Origin: Nitrospirales bacterium
GTDB taxonomy: Bacteria; Nitrospirota; Nitrospiria; Nitrospirales; UBA8639
Direction of reading: 5' to 3'
DNA: 61,199 nucleotides
NCBI GenBank assembly: GCA_021604365.1
Contig: BQIZ01000001.1
Span: forward strand, 1 to 61,199
The translations under genes and the position numbers were made by a program. Below the pieces are notes generated by a model that was not told the origin of the DNA, searched no databases, and saw only the letters and a list, made by a program, of their open reading frames with translations. This document shows, piece by piece, positions 30,368 through 41,158 of this stretch; the first letter of the stretch is position 1, and each line of letters begins with the position of its first letter.

Positions 30368-31339
30368 ATGCGAATTCTTGTTGTTGATGATGATCCACTC
30401 ACACTCCATATGGTGGTCCATCGATTGCGTCAATGGGGGCATGATGTCATATCCTGTACTGATGGGGATTCCGCATGGAAGGTGTTGGAACGAGGAAGCG
30501 TGCCGAATGTGGCTATTGTGGACTGGATCATGCCGGGGATCAATGGTCCTGAACTGTGTCAAAAAATCCGTGGGAGAACTGATTGTCCTTATGTATATAT
30601 TGTTATGTTGACAGGGCGGAAAAATCTTGAGGATCTCATTGCCGGGTTGGACGCTGGAGCTGATGATTATCTTACCAAGCCATTCCTCTTAGAAGAATTG
30701 GAGGCACGGTTACGAGCAGGGAAACGAATTGTGGATTTGCAAAATGAATTAATTTCGGCTCGAGAAACACTTCGGATTCAGGCGATGCAAGATCCCTTGA
30801 CGCAAATTCTGAATCACGGCGCCATCGTCGATACCTTACTTCGGGAAATTGATCGGGCCCATCGGGAAGAGCAACCCCTGAGTCTCATTTTGGCTGATTT
30901 GGATGGGTTTAAAAATGTGAATGATTCCTATGGGCATGTTGCAGGCGATTCAGTTCTGGTTGAGGTCGCGAGACGGATGCGATTTTGCCTGCGTTCATAT
31001 GATGCCATTGGCCGATATGGCGGAGAGGAATTTCTCATGGTGTTGCCAAATAGTGATGCGGCCCAGGCCGTGCGGCTCGCTGAACGCATTCGAGTAGCGG
31101 TTTCCCAGAAACCCTTTCGAGTTCACAATGTTGATTTAACGGTGACGGTCAGTCAGGGGGTCACGACCTGGACCGATCCTTGTCCCATTCCCATTGAACA
31201 ATTAATACAATCTGCAGACGGTGTTCTCTACTTAGTCAAAAATAGCGGTCGAAATGGCGTGGAATTTGCGCAATTTCATAGGCAATCGGACGATACCTTT
31301 TCGCGCCTCACGATTTCGCCGACTTCATTGAAACAATAA
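30368..31339 (+). CDS. Response-regulator diguanylate cyclase (REC-GGDEF)
   Basis: VVDDD, VDWIMP, DPLTQILN, DLDGFKNVND, an RSYD I-site and GGEEF. Confidence 0.95.
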   Translation: MRILVVDDDPLTLHMVVHRLRQWGHDVISCTDGDSAWKVLERGSVPNVAIVDWIMPGINGPELCQKIRGRTDCPYVYIVMLTGRKNLEDLIAGLDAGADDYLTKPFLLEELEARLRAGKRIVDLQNELISARETLRIQAMQDPLTQILNHGAIVDTLLREIDRAHREEQPLSLILADLDGFKNVNDSYGHVAGDSVLVEVARRMRFCLRSYDAIGRYGGEEFLMVLPNSDAAQAVRLAERIRVAVSQKPFRVHNVDLTVTVSQGVTTWTDPCPIPIEQLIQSADGVLYLVKNSGRNGVEFAQFHRQSDDTFSRLTISPTSLKQ

Positions 31340-31341
31340 AT

Positions 31342-33696
31342 ATGGCCTCCATCCTTGTGATTAATGATGATCCGGTCCAACTCCATCTTCTTGCGAGTTG
31401 GCTTGAGAAGGATTACTTTGCGGTCAATCGCTTTGTCTGTTCTGAAGATGCCTGGCGGTGGCTCCAAGAAGGAAATGTGCCGGATGCCATTGTCCTCGAT
31501 CTCCATATGCCGGGAATTAGCGGATGGCGATTTTGCGAATTGTTGCATTCATTCTTTGGCTCCACACAGGCAGTGCCCCCTGTTCTTGCGGTTTCCGCCA
31601 CGTATACTGGAATCGATGCTCATGACATTTTGAAAGATTTAGGCGCTTCGGCATTTCTTACCCTCCCGACAGAACCTCAACGCTTTCGTCAGCAGGTTCG
31701 CGAGTTAGTGGAGAACCCTCCTAGTCCCCAGCGCCCACATGTCTGGATGGTTTCCACTCACAAGTCCGAAAGCCAACGAATTCATCACATATTTGGTGAA
31801 CGGGGATGGCAGGTGGTGGAATGGCAAGCGGGGAAACAGGTTCAGGTGGCAGTGAATCTTGTGCTTCCTGATATTGTCCTCATTGACCATCCTCTGTCGG
31901 ACATGACAAGCGAAGAGTTTGTGGTTTGGTGCAAAGTCCAATATCCTCAGGCAATGTGCATTGTCCTTGGACAGGAATCTACGGCCGGAGGATACCCTCC
32001 TCATGCGATCCATGCTGATGCCTATCTCCCAATAGCGTGCGATCCATTGCATATCATTTCACTATGTGAAAAAGGGCGCTGGGAACGCGCACTCTCACGA
32101 GTAGAGCATTTACTTGATATCCGCACTGATGATTTACGCGAATCTGAAGCCCAATTTAAGGAGTTGTTCGAAACGCTTCCGGATGTCTTGGTGATTTATG
32201 ATCTCCAGGGAAAAATCACCCACGTTAATTCGCTTGGAGCACAGCAATTGGGGTATCTCCCGTCTGTCTTGAATGGGAAAGCCTTCTCTCTTATCAGACC
32301 TGAGCCGTCAAGTGCGGAATACAGTCCCACGATCCCAAGCTCCTCCCCTGGGGGGGCGAGATGGGAGGAATCGGTCCTTCGTCAAAAGAACGGCAGCAAT
32401 CTTCCCGTAGAGATGATGGAACGAGAGGTTCAGTTTTTAGGCCAGCGCCAAACTCTTTTCATTGGGCGCGATTTGACGGCAAGAAAGCGGATGGAGGAAG
32501 AGAATATTGCCCTTGAGCATCAGTTGCGGCAGGTTCAAAAAATGGAAGCCATCGGTCGACTGGCCTCAGGGGTTGCCCACGATATGAATAATACGTTAAC
32601 GGCAATCATGGCCCATGCAAGTTTGTTCAAGATACAGGAAAAGACCGACACGCCCTTGTGGGCAGCGGGCGATGTCATCGAAAAAGCCGTTCGTCATGGA
32701 AAGGAATTGACATCCCAGCTCTTGGGGTATGCGAGGCAGGGAAAGCATCATGATGTGACGGTCGATACCCATGATGTAATTCAGGAGGTCATGACCCTGC
32801 TCGGAAGGACAATCCATAAAATGATCACCTTCCGAGTGGATCTGTCCGCTACGAAGCCTTATGTGTTGGGGGATCCCAATCAGTTATACCAGATTCTCAT
32901 GAATCTAGGTGTCAATGCCTGTGATGCGATGGGTGAGCGTGGGGAATTGCTTGTGCAGACTTCGAATGAAACGGTCACCCAGGACTACGCTTCACGTATC
33001 CCAGGACTACACGCAGGCGATTATGTGGTAATTCGGGTTACGGATACCGGGACGGGAATGTCATTAGAGACCCAACCACATATTTTTGAGCCATTTTTTA
33101 CGACGAAAGGGCGCGGACAGGGAACAGGAATGGGATTGGCGATGGTGTATGGTATCGTCAAAAACCATCGCGGGTATATCGGGGTGACGAGTTCTCCTGG
33201 GTGTGGAACGACAATGTCTGTATATCTTCCGGATGCCCGATGTGCGAGCCTTAAGGCCACACCAGTTCAGACGACGAAGCTTTCTCACGGAACCGGACAT
33301 ATTGTAGTGGTTGATGATGAGAAGGATGTGGGAGAAGCCGCTCAGGCCATACTTGAGTTTCTTGGGTATCAGGTGACGGTCGTGTTGAATGGGAAGGAGG
33401 CCCTGAAAATCTGTCGGAATTTAACGGTTCCCGTTGATGTTGTGCTGTTGGATATGGTGATGCCTGAAATGTCGGGAGCCACATGTTTTGAAGAATTGCG
33501 AGCGATTCGACCAGATCTCAAGGTTATTCTCTGTACGGGGTATGATCGGAACCATGCTGTGCAAGATTTACTCAATCAGGGTGTCGTAGGGTTTATTCAA
33601 AAACCGTATGACGTCGACGAATTGGCTCATGTCTGTCAGGTTGTCTTGAGAAATGACAATCCGGTCCAAATCTGTAGTACGGAGAGAGTGTCCTAA
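31342..33696 (+). CDS. Cytoplasmic hybrid histidine kinase (REC-REC-like-PAS-HisKA-HATPase-REC)
   Basis: QKMEAIGRLASGVAHDMNN, NACDAM, FEPFFTTK, GTGMGL and a C-terminal VVDDE..DMVMP. Confidence 0.93.
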   Translation: MASILVINDDPVQLHLLASWLEKDYFAVNRFVCSEDAWRWLQEGNVPDAIVLDLHMPGISGWRFCELLHSFFGSTQAVPPVLAVSATYTGIDAHDILKDLGASAFLTLPTEPQRFRQQVRELVENPPSPQRPHVWMVSTHKSESQRIHHIFGERGWQVVEWQAGKQVQVAVNLVLPDIVLIDHPLSDMTSEEFVVWCKVQYPQAMCIVLGQESTAGGYPPHAIHADAYLPIACDPLHIISLCEKGRWERALSRVEHLLDIRTDDLRESEAQFKELFETLPDVLVIYDLQGKITHVNSLGAQQLGYLPSVLNGKAFSLIRPEPSSAEYSPTIPSSSPGGARWEESVLRQKNGSNLPVEMMEREVQFLGQRQTLFIGRDLTARKRMEEENIALEHQLRQVQKMEAIGRLASGVAHDMNNTLTAIMAHASLFKIQEKTDTPLWAAGDVIEKAVRHGKELTSQLLGYARQGKHHDVTVDTHDVIQEVMTLLGRTIHKMITFRVDLSATKPYVLGDPNQLYQILMNLGVNACDAMGERGELLVQTSNETVTQDYASRIPGLHAGDYVVIRVTDTGTGMSLETQPHIFEPFFTTKGRGQGTGMGLAMVYGIVKNHRGYIGVTSSPGCGTTMSVYLPDARCASLKATPVQTTKLSHGTGHIVVVDDEKDVGEAAQAILEFLGYQVTVVLNGKEALKICRNLTVPVDVVLLDMVMPEMSGATCFEELRAIRPDLKVILCTGYDRNHAVQDLLNQGVVGFIQKPYDVDELAHVCQVVLRNDNPVQICSTERVS

Positions 33697-33782
33697 TCAC
33701 AGAAAAAAATGAAACCGACCCCGAGGCTGGGTTGCCTCGGCATGAGGAAGAAACTATTGAACTATTTGGAGAACATACCATC

Positions 33783-34259
33783 ATGAAAGTTCAGACTAGT
33801 CGGTTCGGTATGTTGGATGTGTCGGATGACACGCTGTTAACTTTCCCATCCGGCCTTGTAGGTTTCCCAGATTTCCGACGGTATCTCGTGCTTGATCCCC
33901 CAGAGGATGCCGACTATCAGTGGTTTCAGTCGGTGGATGAACCAAGTTTAGCATTTGTGATTATGGATGTGGATTTGTTGCAACCTGATTTTCGTACAAA
34001 CCTATCCCTAGAAGGATTGGCTGAATTGGATATGACTTCTGCCGATTCAATTTCAATTATGGCCGTTATCTCGATCCCCTCAGATCACCCAGATCAGGCG
34101 ACAGCCAATCTTCGTGCACCTCTGGTCGTAAATGGGCGAACAAGACAAGGGAAACAATTGATTCTCCATGAATCAATCTCCTTGCGCCATCCCTTATTCC
34201 ATGACCCGGCGCAAGGTCAACCCCACCCTGAAGGGGTGACAGAGGCTGCATCGGTGTAA
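33783..34259 (+). CDS. fliW: Flagellar assembly factor FliW (CsrA antagonist)
   Basis: TSRFG, FPSGLVGF, WFQSVD and TANLRAPLVVN. Adjacent to csrA. Confidence 0.93.
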   Translation: MKVQTSRFGMLDVSDDTLLTFPSGLVGFPDFRRYLVLDPPEDADYQWFQSVDEPSLAFVIMDVDLLQPDFRTNLSLEGLAELDMTSADSISIMAVISIPSDHPDQATANLRAPLVVNGRTRQGKQLILHESISLRHPLFHDPAQGQPHPEGVTEAASV

Positions 34260-34369
34260 ACTATGCAGCCACGCCTCCCAAGCAGCAAGATCATCCAGAT
34301 GTAATTCGTTTATGATGTACATGCAATTGTTTCACATGTGACTTTTACCCCAAAGCCAAGGAAGGCACC

Positions 34370-34621
34370 ATGCTCATACTCACCAGAAAAATTGATGAAG
34401 CCATTCGATTAGGAGATGACATTCGCATTGTCCTTGTCCAAATTAAAGGAGGACAGGTGCGACTTGGGATTGAATGTCCGTCGCATGTCCGTGTTCTTCG
34501 TGAGGAATTATATGAAGCCGTCCGGCAGGAAAATTTGAATGCCGTATCCTCGGATCCGAAGCATTTGGCCAACCTACCCAGACAGAAAAGACCTCAGGCT
34601 AAACCTACCGAATCAGCCTAA
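34370..34621 (+). CDS. csrA: Carbon storage regulator CsrA
   Basis: MLILTRK..IRLGDDI..QVRLGI..P..V.VLREELY..V..EN. Confidence 0.95.
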   Translation: MLILTRKIDEAIRLGDDIRIVLVQIKGGQVRLGIECPSHVRVLREELYEAVRQENLNAVSSDPKHLANLPRQKRPQAKPTESA

Positions 34622-35009
34622 CGGGAAGAGACTCCAGTTCAGGGGCATTCCCGGTAAACAATCCTATCGTCACTACAGGTCCTTGTGAGAATGGACTGGA
34701 ATGACAAAATTTCCCGTTTGGGGGAGGGAATAAAATACATAGCCTGGGTAATAAGGTTGTTTCCCTCTTTTCAAAAGGTAGGGTTGAAGTTCTAACCATT
34801 GGGAGCTCCGCTGCGAAGTGGTAATAAAAGCGGAGGTTCAATAACCCTTCATTGCCTTCTCAAGTCCTGTCTTCAACAATTCCGTCCCTTTCCAGGCAGA
34901 AATTTCCTGGTTTGTTTGCAAGGATTTCCTACTCGGTAGAATTTTTTCGAATGATGTGTGAATCGGCTTCATTGTGACCTGAAACCTTGCCTTTTGATCT
35001 TGAACTGTA

Positions 35010-35025
35010 TGGCATAAAACTTGAA
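35010..35025 (+). promoter_or_regulatory. Possible sigma54 promoter for the glycosylation island
   Basis: TGGCAT-AAAAC-TTGAA in an AT-rich intergenic region. The -12 element is non-canonical. Confidence 0.4.
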
Positions 35026-35172
35026 TTAATTTAAATAAGAAAAGATTTTTGGGGGGAGTGTTGAAAACTCTCATAAGGGAATTCGGTTGGATGGTTTTTC
35101 TACCTTAGAATTTATCCAAAAACGTGCAAATAAATGTCTTGTTCTTAGAATATTAGGAGTAGAAGTTCGCCT

Positions 35173-38100
35173 ATGAAATCCTATTTCACAAGCGCCGGTT
35201 ATTTTTTCAATAAAGATGAGGGAGTGTGGCATCGCCCTGGGTATAAAGGCATCAATTATAGTGATGGCGAGCAAATTGAAAACCGATTGAAAACGATTAT
35301 TTCCGGTGCGAGCGATGTCAGTGTGATGTCGGGCGAATTGGCAAAATTTTGTACGGATTGGCATTCGCTGTATCATTTATCACGGAAACGCGTCAATCTG
35401 CTTCGGCCCTTCGAGGAACAATTACAAGGGAAAAGTGTACTTGAAATCGGAGCGGGTTGCGGTGCGCTCACGCGTTATCTCGGTGAAATAGGAGCGGAGG
35501 TGGTGGCACTGGAGGGGAGCCTCCGTCGCGCATCGATTGCGTCATCGCGTTGCCGTGGCCTGAGCAATGTCACAGTTATGGGGGAAGTTGTTCATCAGTT
35601 TAATCCTGGACCACGGTTTGATGTCGTGACCGTCATCGGAGTTTTAGAATATGCCAGGAAATTTTTCCCAGGTGATGGGGCAGACCCAGTTGATGCCATG
35701 TTGGGTTTTATGAAGGGTTTGCTAAAGCCTGGAGGTACATTGATTATCGCTATTGAAAACCAGCTAGGGTTGAAATATTTTGCCGGATTTCCAGAAGACC
35801 ATATGGGCAAGCCCATGTTTGGCCTCGAAGACCACTACACCAAAGGGAGCGTCGTGACCTTTGGCCGGAGAGAGCTTAGCCGAAGGGTCGGTCAGGCTGG
35901 CCTACCTGAACAGGAGTGGTGGTATCCTTTTCCAGATTACAAGCTTCCGAGTTTGATGGTGTCGGAAGGGGGTGCCATGCCGCCAGATGGTGTTGATCTG
36001 ACGCCAGTCCTGCGTAATGCGTGCACCGACGACCCGCAATGTCCACCACATATTCATTTTAACCAAGAACGGGTTTTGCGTCCAATTGTTCGTAATGGTC
36101 TTTTGCCCGATTTGGCGAATTCCTTTGTATTACTGGCCACAGACCTCGCTTGTAAGGAAAAATCAATTGTTCCCCTCGCGGTACATTATGCAACTGAGAG
36201 AAGGCCAGAATTTGCCAAAAAGGTCGTCTTTACACAGGAGAGTCAGCGTGCCGGTTATACCTCTCAAGTGCGGCTGTACCCTACTGTCACCCCAAATAAG
36301 AATTCATTGGTTACCCAACGGCTTGTTGATCAAACATTTGTGAAAGGCGAACTTTGGCAAGATCGGCTTGTACAAATCATGACCAGTCCTGGGTGGCGGG
36401 TTACGCAAATAGAAGAATGGTTGAAGGTCTGGCTGAAGGGGTTTTTCGACGTGGTGGGTATCCAGAAGTCAAACGATATGACCAAGGAGAAGATATCAGG
36501 CCAATATCTTGATCTTATTCCACGTAACATGATCATGGATGAGAATGGTGTGACGACATTTTTTGACCAAGAATGGGTGTTTGGTGAAGACCTTGAGGTT
36601 GGTTATGTCGTGTTTCGTGCTTTGTTTTCTTCTTTTTATGCTTTAGGCGTGATTGCGCCGACTGGAGAAAATACACTTCCTTCGATTCTCCGTCTCATTA
36701 GGGAAATTGGACAAGGAGTGGGCTTTTTAGTTACCGATCACGAGATTAAACACTATCACAATCTGGAATGTGAATTTCAGCGGCTTGTCGTAGGGGGTTG
36801 TAATCTCAGTTACGGAATGATGTCCGCGATGCAGTTCCGTGTATCCAATACGCAGTCGAATCAGGATGGTCATGGTGCTGAAGTTCAAGGGCAGAACATT
36901 ATCCTTCAACAGGCCATATTGGAAAAAAACAGGCAAATTGCGGATCTTACGCAAACGGTAAAGGATTTAGATAAGCAGTTCATCCGCATTAATCGGGTCT
37001 TGTCTGAGAAGGAACTCACCAGAAACCTATCAAAGCCAAAAATTTGTTTGGATAATAGGATTTCCACCTCAGGTCCAAACCTTCAGGTTGTTCCACGCGT
37101 TGTGGCGATTGTTAATGATCCAATTTGTAGCCAAATCCGAATACTCCAAGCACTCACTGCGGGCGTAGAGAAATCCTGGGTAGGCGGAATGGTAAAAATT
37201 GAGGGAGCGGAGGGGAGCCACCCGCACCAATTGCCAAGTGGACCAGGAACGGTGTGGATTGTTCAGCGAACGTGTCGGATTGAAATCGCTGATATGGCAA
37301 TTGCGCGATCGAATGGTACCCGTTTGGTGCACGATATCGATGACTTGCTCTGGAAGATCCCGGAAGATAATCAAAATCATCAAGTGATACAAAAATGGCT
37401 CATTGACCATTTGATGAAATTGCTTAAATTGGCCGATTGCGTAACAACTTCTACCATACCCCTACAAACAGCTTTGGAACGGTTAGGAATCAAAGCTGCC
37501 GTTCTGCCGAATTGTTTGGTCTCCGAAGAGTGGAAGGATTTGGCTCCTCTCCGAAGGGTTGGCTCCAGGCCGCGTCTTGGTTGGGCTGGGCAGGTAGGGG
37601 TACACCGTTCTGATCTCCGCTTCCTTGGTTCGGTGTTCGAGGAGTTAGGCGATGAGGTTGAGTGGGTATTTTTAGGTGAGGTGCCGGAAGATCTTCGACA
37701 GACCGGGGTCAGATCTGAAGTTCATCCCATGGTTCCATTAGATCAATTTCCATCCAAACTTGCGAGTCTGAATCTTGATCTGGCTTTAGCTCCATTAGCA
37801 TTAAATGAATTTAATGAGGCAAAAAGTGATCTTCGCCTTTTGCAATATGGCGTATTAGGGTTTCCGGTCATTGCCACTGATATTTATCCTCATCGAACTG
37901 CACCGGTCACGCGTGTTCCTAATGATCCTCAAATCTGGGTTCGAGCTATTCGGGATCATCTTTATAACCCGGACTGTTCTGAGAATGAGGGGGAAATTTT
38001 GAGGGAGTGGGTTTTAACGCATCGGATGTTGGAATCCTGGCTACCACAGTATCGAGACGTGTGGCTGGGGGAATCTGCACACAGGCGTGACCATTCAGCT

Positions 38101-39819
38101 TTTTCCGCATTGGGGAATACCGAGTCTCGATCAACTCAGGCTTCATACATGCCAATTGTTGATACACAATATGAGTGCTCCATTATTATTCCCGTGTATA
38201 ATCGTGATGATTTAACGAAACAATGCCTGTTGCATTTGGCCGAAGTGACACAAGGATGCCACTATGAGGTTCTTGTGGTGGATAATGCGTCGACGGATGA
38301 GACTCAGAATTTTCTGGCTTCATTCGGGGGTGATATTCAGGTAATTCGGAATACTGAAAATCTAGGATTTGCGAAGGCCTGTAATCAAGGGGCCCGTGCC
38401 GCAAGAGGAAAGTATTTAATCTTTCTGAATAATGACACCATTCCACAATCAGGATGGTTGGCAGCTTTGTTGGAGGAAGTTGAGACGCACGAAGATGTTT
38501 CCATTGTAGGCAGTAAACTGTTGTATCCGAATGACACCATTCAACATGCCGGAGTGGTTTTTTCTAAAAACTGCCTGACTCCGTATCATATTTTCAATGG
38601 AGCTCCTGCGGATCTTCATGCAGTCAATGTTCGCCGTGAATTTCAAGCAGTGACGGCGGCCTGTTTTCTTATTCGCAGGGAGGACTTTGAGTTAATCGGG
38701 GGATTTGATGAGGAATTCCGAAACGGGTTTGAGGATGTTGATTTGTGTTTAAAAATCGGAGAGCGCGGTAAAAAAATTATCTACCAACCCAAGAGTGTGT
38801 TGTATCATCTGGAACATCAAACTCCCGGTCGCAAAGATCCGGAAGCAGAACGTCATAACGGGAATTGCCTGATGAGCCGCTGGGCTTCAAAGATTGTAGT
38901 GGATGAAGACGTGTATACCGTTCCGGAAGGCTATGCCAATCGCTATTATTTTCGTGACGGGTGGCTTCGGCAGTCGCTCGAACCATTTCGGAGCGATGTA
39001 GAACGGACCCAGTGGAAACGGGTCCAACGCGTACAAGAGCTCTTATTATCCCGGCGATATGACCCAATTCGGGGCATTAAAGAACAGGACAATTGTGAAT
39101 TACATGCCCTTCTTTCCGATTTTCGAGAGTGGCCAGATGATGGAGAAGTGTTCCGGTGGGCCGTGAAACTCTGTCGATCGTTGCAGTTATTCGATGGGGA
39201 GCGGGCATTTTTGAAACGCATTCTGAGTTTTGGAGAAGATCGAGAGACCCGGGAACAGCTGGCAAAACTGGCACTCAACGTAAAAGATCTGTCCGAGGCG
39301 GCGGAGCATGTCCAGGCCCTCATTCAATCAGATCCCAACGATGGTTCAGCACATTGGTTACAGGGGATTCTGTTAATGCAATCCCAAGAATGGGCAGAAG
39401 CGACTAAGTCTTTTCGTCGCGCACTTCAATGTGGCTCAGATTCCCGAAAAACCAACATCGGCTTGGGAATGGCCTGTATGGGAATGGGAGACGGTGAACA
39501 GGCCTGGAGGATTTTCGGCCAGGTTGTGGCGGATCATCCTGATGATGTCGAAGCCATGAATGGGTTGATTCAAGCCGGAACATCTCTGCAACGATGGAAA
39601 GGCCTAGGGGAAAGGCTTTCACGGTACGTCGAACGCAATCCCGCAAACTGCGATATGCGGTTTGCTTTGGCTGGTGTGCAATTTCGTGCTAGTCGGCTTG
39701 ATTTGGCCAAGCAACAATTTGAGATGTTACGCCTCTTGAAGCCCGACCATGAGGGATTATGTGATTTAGGGGTTCTCCTCCAGACCGCACCTCTTGACCT
39801 CCATGCGCTCGCAACATAA
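35173..39819 (+). CDS. Multidomain SAM methyltransferase / kinase-like / coiled-coil / GT-B / GT2 / TPR glycosyltransferase
   Basis: VLEIGAGCG; DLIPRN..DQEW; a heptad segment; GWAG..H..DL and LDLALAPL..NEFNEAKSDLRLLQYG; SIIIPVYN, VVDNAS, FLNND and EDVDLC; C-terminal TPR-like helices. Confidence 0.9.
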   Translation: MKSYFTSAGYFFNKDEGVWHRPGYKGINYSDGEQIENRLKTIISGASDVSVMSGELAKFCTDWHSLYHLSRKRVNLLRPFEEQLQGKSVLEIGAGCGALTRYLGEIGAEVVALEGSLRRASIASSRCRGLSNVTVMGEVVHQFNPGPRFDVVTVIGVLEYARKFFPGDGADPVDAMLGFMKGLLKPGGTLIIAIENQLGLKYFAGFPEDHMGKPMFGLEDHYTKGSVVTFGRRELSRRVGQAGLPEQEWWYPFPDYKLPSLMVSEGGAMPPDGVDLTPVLRNACTDDPQCPPHIHFNQERVLRPIVRNGLLPDLANSFVLLATDLACKEKSIVPLAVHYATERRPEFAKKVVFTQESQRAGYTSQVRLYPTVTPNKNSLVTQRLVDQTFVKGELWQDRLVQIMTSPGWRVTQIEEWLKVWLKGFFDVVGIQKSNDMTKEKISGQYLDLIPRNMIMDENGVTTFFDQEWVFGEDLEVGYVVFRALFSSFYALGVIAPTGENTLPSILRLIREIGQGVGFLVTDHEIKHYHNLECEFQRLVVGGCNLSYGMMSAMQFRVSNTQSNQDGHGAEVQGQNIILQQAILEKNRQIADLTQTVKDLDKQFIRINRVLSEKELTRNLSKPKICLDNRISTSGPNLQVVPRVVAIVNDPICSQIRILQALTAGVEKSWVGGMVKIEGAEGSHPHQLPSGPGTVWIVQRTCRIEIADMAIARSNGTRLVHDIDDLLWKIPEDNQNHQVIQKWLIDHLMKLLKLADCVTTSTIPLQTALERLGIKAAVLPNCLVSEEWKDLAPLRRVGSRPRLGWAGQVGVHRSDLRFLGSVFEELGDEVEWVFLGEVPEDLRQTGVRSEVHPMVPLDQFPSKLASLNLDLALAPLALNEFNEAKSDLRLLQYGVLGFPVIATDIYPHRTAPVTRVPNDPQIWVRAIRDHLYNPDCSENEGEILREWVLTHRMLESWLPQYRDVWLGESAHRRDHSAFSALGNTESRSTQASYMPIVDTQYECSIIIPVYNRDDLTKQCLLHLAEVTQGCHYEVLVVDNASTDETQNFLASFGGDIQVIRNTENLGFAKACNQGARAARGKYLIFLNNDTIPQSGWLAALLEEVETHEDVSIVGSKLLYPNDTIQHAGVVFSKNCLTPYHIFNGAPADLHAVNVRREFQAVTAACFLIRREDFELIGGFDEEFRNGFEDVDLCLKIGERGKKIIYQPKSVLYHLEHQTPGRKDPEAERHNGNCLMSRWASKIVVDEDVYTVPEGYANRYYFRDGWLRQSLEPFRSDVERTQWKRVQRVQELLLSRRYDPIRGIKEQDNCELHALLSDFREWPDDGEVFRWAVKLCRSLQLFDGERAFLKRILSFGEDRETREQLAKLALNVKDLSEAAEHVQALIQSDPNDGSAHWLQGILLMQSQEWAEATKSFRRALQCGSDSRKTNIGLGMACMGMGDGEQAWRIFGQVVADHPDDVEAMNGLIQAGTSLQRWKGLGERLSRYVERNPANCDMRFALAGVQFRASRLDLAKQQFEMLRLLKPDHEGLCDLGVLLQTAPLDLHALAT

Positions 39820-39852
39820 ATAGAGGAACTTCTTGCCTGGTCAAGTTAGCCT

Positions 39853-41088
39853 ATGTCCCGAGCACTCTTAATTCAACTCGCTCGGCTGGGTGATCTGGTC
39901 CAATCCCTTCCTGTTCTGACTGCCCTACAATCTGCCAAACCTGAGCGACCCCTCGATCTTCTTTGCCCATCTCCCTTGGTAGCGCTTGGACAACTTTTCC
40001 CTTGTGTGGACAGGGTTTACCCTTGGTACGGGGAACAATGGCATGAATTGGCCAGGACAAAGATGACGGATTGTGATCAGCAGCTAGCACAAGCCACACG
40101 CTATTTGGCTGAATATGCCTTCCCCGCGTATTCAATGGCCTATAATTTGAATAACCATCCCCGTGGGATGCTTGCTGCGCATGTTTTGAGTGGCCTGGTG
40201 GTCGGCCCGGGAGAATATGGGCCAATGAATCAGAGGCTTCCGGCATGGGCGGGATATCTACGTCAGATTGCTCAAGATCGAGGGGGCAACCGGGTGCATT
40301 TAGCGGATGCGTTTTGTGGGATGTGTCAGGTTCTTCCGCCATTGGACGTTCCCTACTTGAAGGCCCCTGAGGTGCCATTGACCTCTGGGTTGGGACTGCC
40401 CGTGAACGGGGAATCTTCTACTTTCATCGGAATTGTTCTTGGTGCGGGAGATGCCGAACGGCGAGTTCCCCTCTCTGTGTGGCAAGTTCTGATTGCCGCA
40501 TGTGCTGAGTACATTCCTCAGAGCTACCTGCTTTTGATCGGTGGCGAGGGAGAACGAGAAGCGGCATTGGCCTTGGAACATCGCCTTCCTGCTAAATATC
40601 TCAATCGGGTGGTGAATGGGTGTGGTCGGACCTCGTTGCCCCAGCTTGTGGCTCTCCTTAATCGATGTCAATGGGTGGTCGGATCGGATACGGGACCGTT
40701 GCATCTCGGAGCGATGTGTGGGGCACGGGCGATCGGTTGGTATTTCTCCCGGGCCAGAGTCCATGAAACCGGTCCCTATGGGGTTGGTCATTATGTGTGG
40801 CAACACGATCAAGGGCGACCTGGGGAGATTCTGGATGGTTGTGAATTACGAACGGAAGAATCATCCGTTGCCCATTGGCCTGTGATGGAAACGGTCAACT
40901 TAATACGGGATGAAGGGGTGAATTCAAGAACTGACGAGTGGGATCTCTGGATCAGTAATAAAGATGAGTGGGGAGCGTTTTATACCAGGGATGGCCTTCT
41001 TGACGAGGCTGTTCTCCACCGAAAAGATACGTGGGAGGCGCTGTCTCAGCTGGCGAATCAAGATATTCGGATGGAAGTCTCGAAGTAG
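39853..41088 (+). CDS. Glycosyltransferase family 9 (heptosyltransferase-like)
   Basis: LIQLARLGDLVQSLP and GRTSLPQL..VGSDTGPLHLG. Confidence 0.88.
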   Translation: MSRALLIQLARLGDLVQSLPVLTALQSAKPERPLDLLCPSPLVALGQLFPCVDRVYPWYGEQWHELARTKMTDCDQQLAQATRYLAEYAFPAYSMAYNLNNHPRGMLAAHVLSGLVVGPGEYGPMNQRLPAWAGYLRQIAQDRGGNRVHLADAFCGMCQVLPPLDVPYLKAPEVPLTSGLGLPVNGESSTFIGIVLGAGDAERRVPLSVWQVLIAACAEYIPQSYLLLIGGEGEREAALALEHRLPAKYLNRVVNGCGRTSLPQLVALLNRCQWVVGSDTGPLHLGAMCGARAIGWYFSRARVHETGPYGVGHYVWQHDQGRPGEILDGCELRTEESSVAHWPVMETVNLIRDEGVNSRTDEWDLWISNKDEWGAFYTRDGLLDEAVLHRKDTWEALSQLANQDIRMEVSK

Positions 41089-41158
41089 TAGGAAATACTC
41101 CCGGTAGGTTGAAGGCCGGGGGGGTGTGTTTCCATGGCAATAAACCAGGAACAGATAA

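Noticed and set aside
33694-33721. Possible sigma28 promoter before fliW (TAATCACA-N12-ACCGACCC)
   Set aside because: Too many mismatches to the local consensus.
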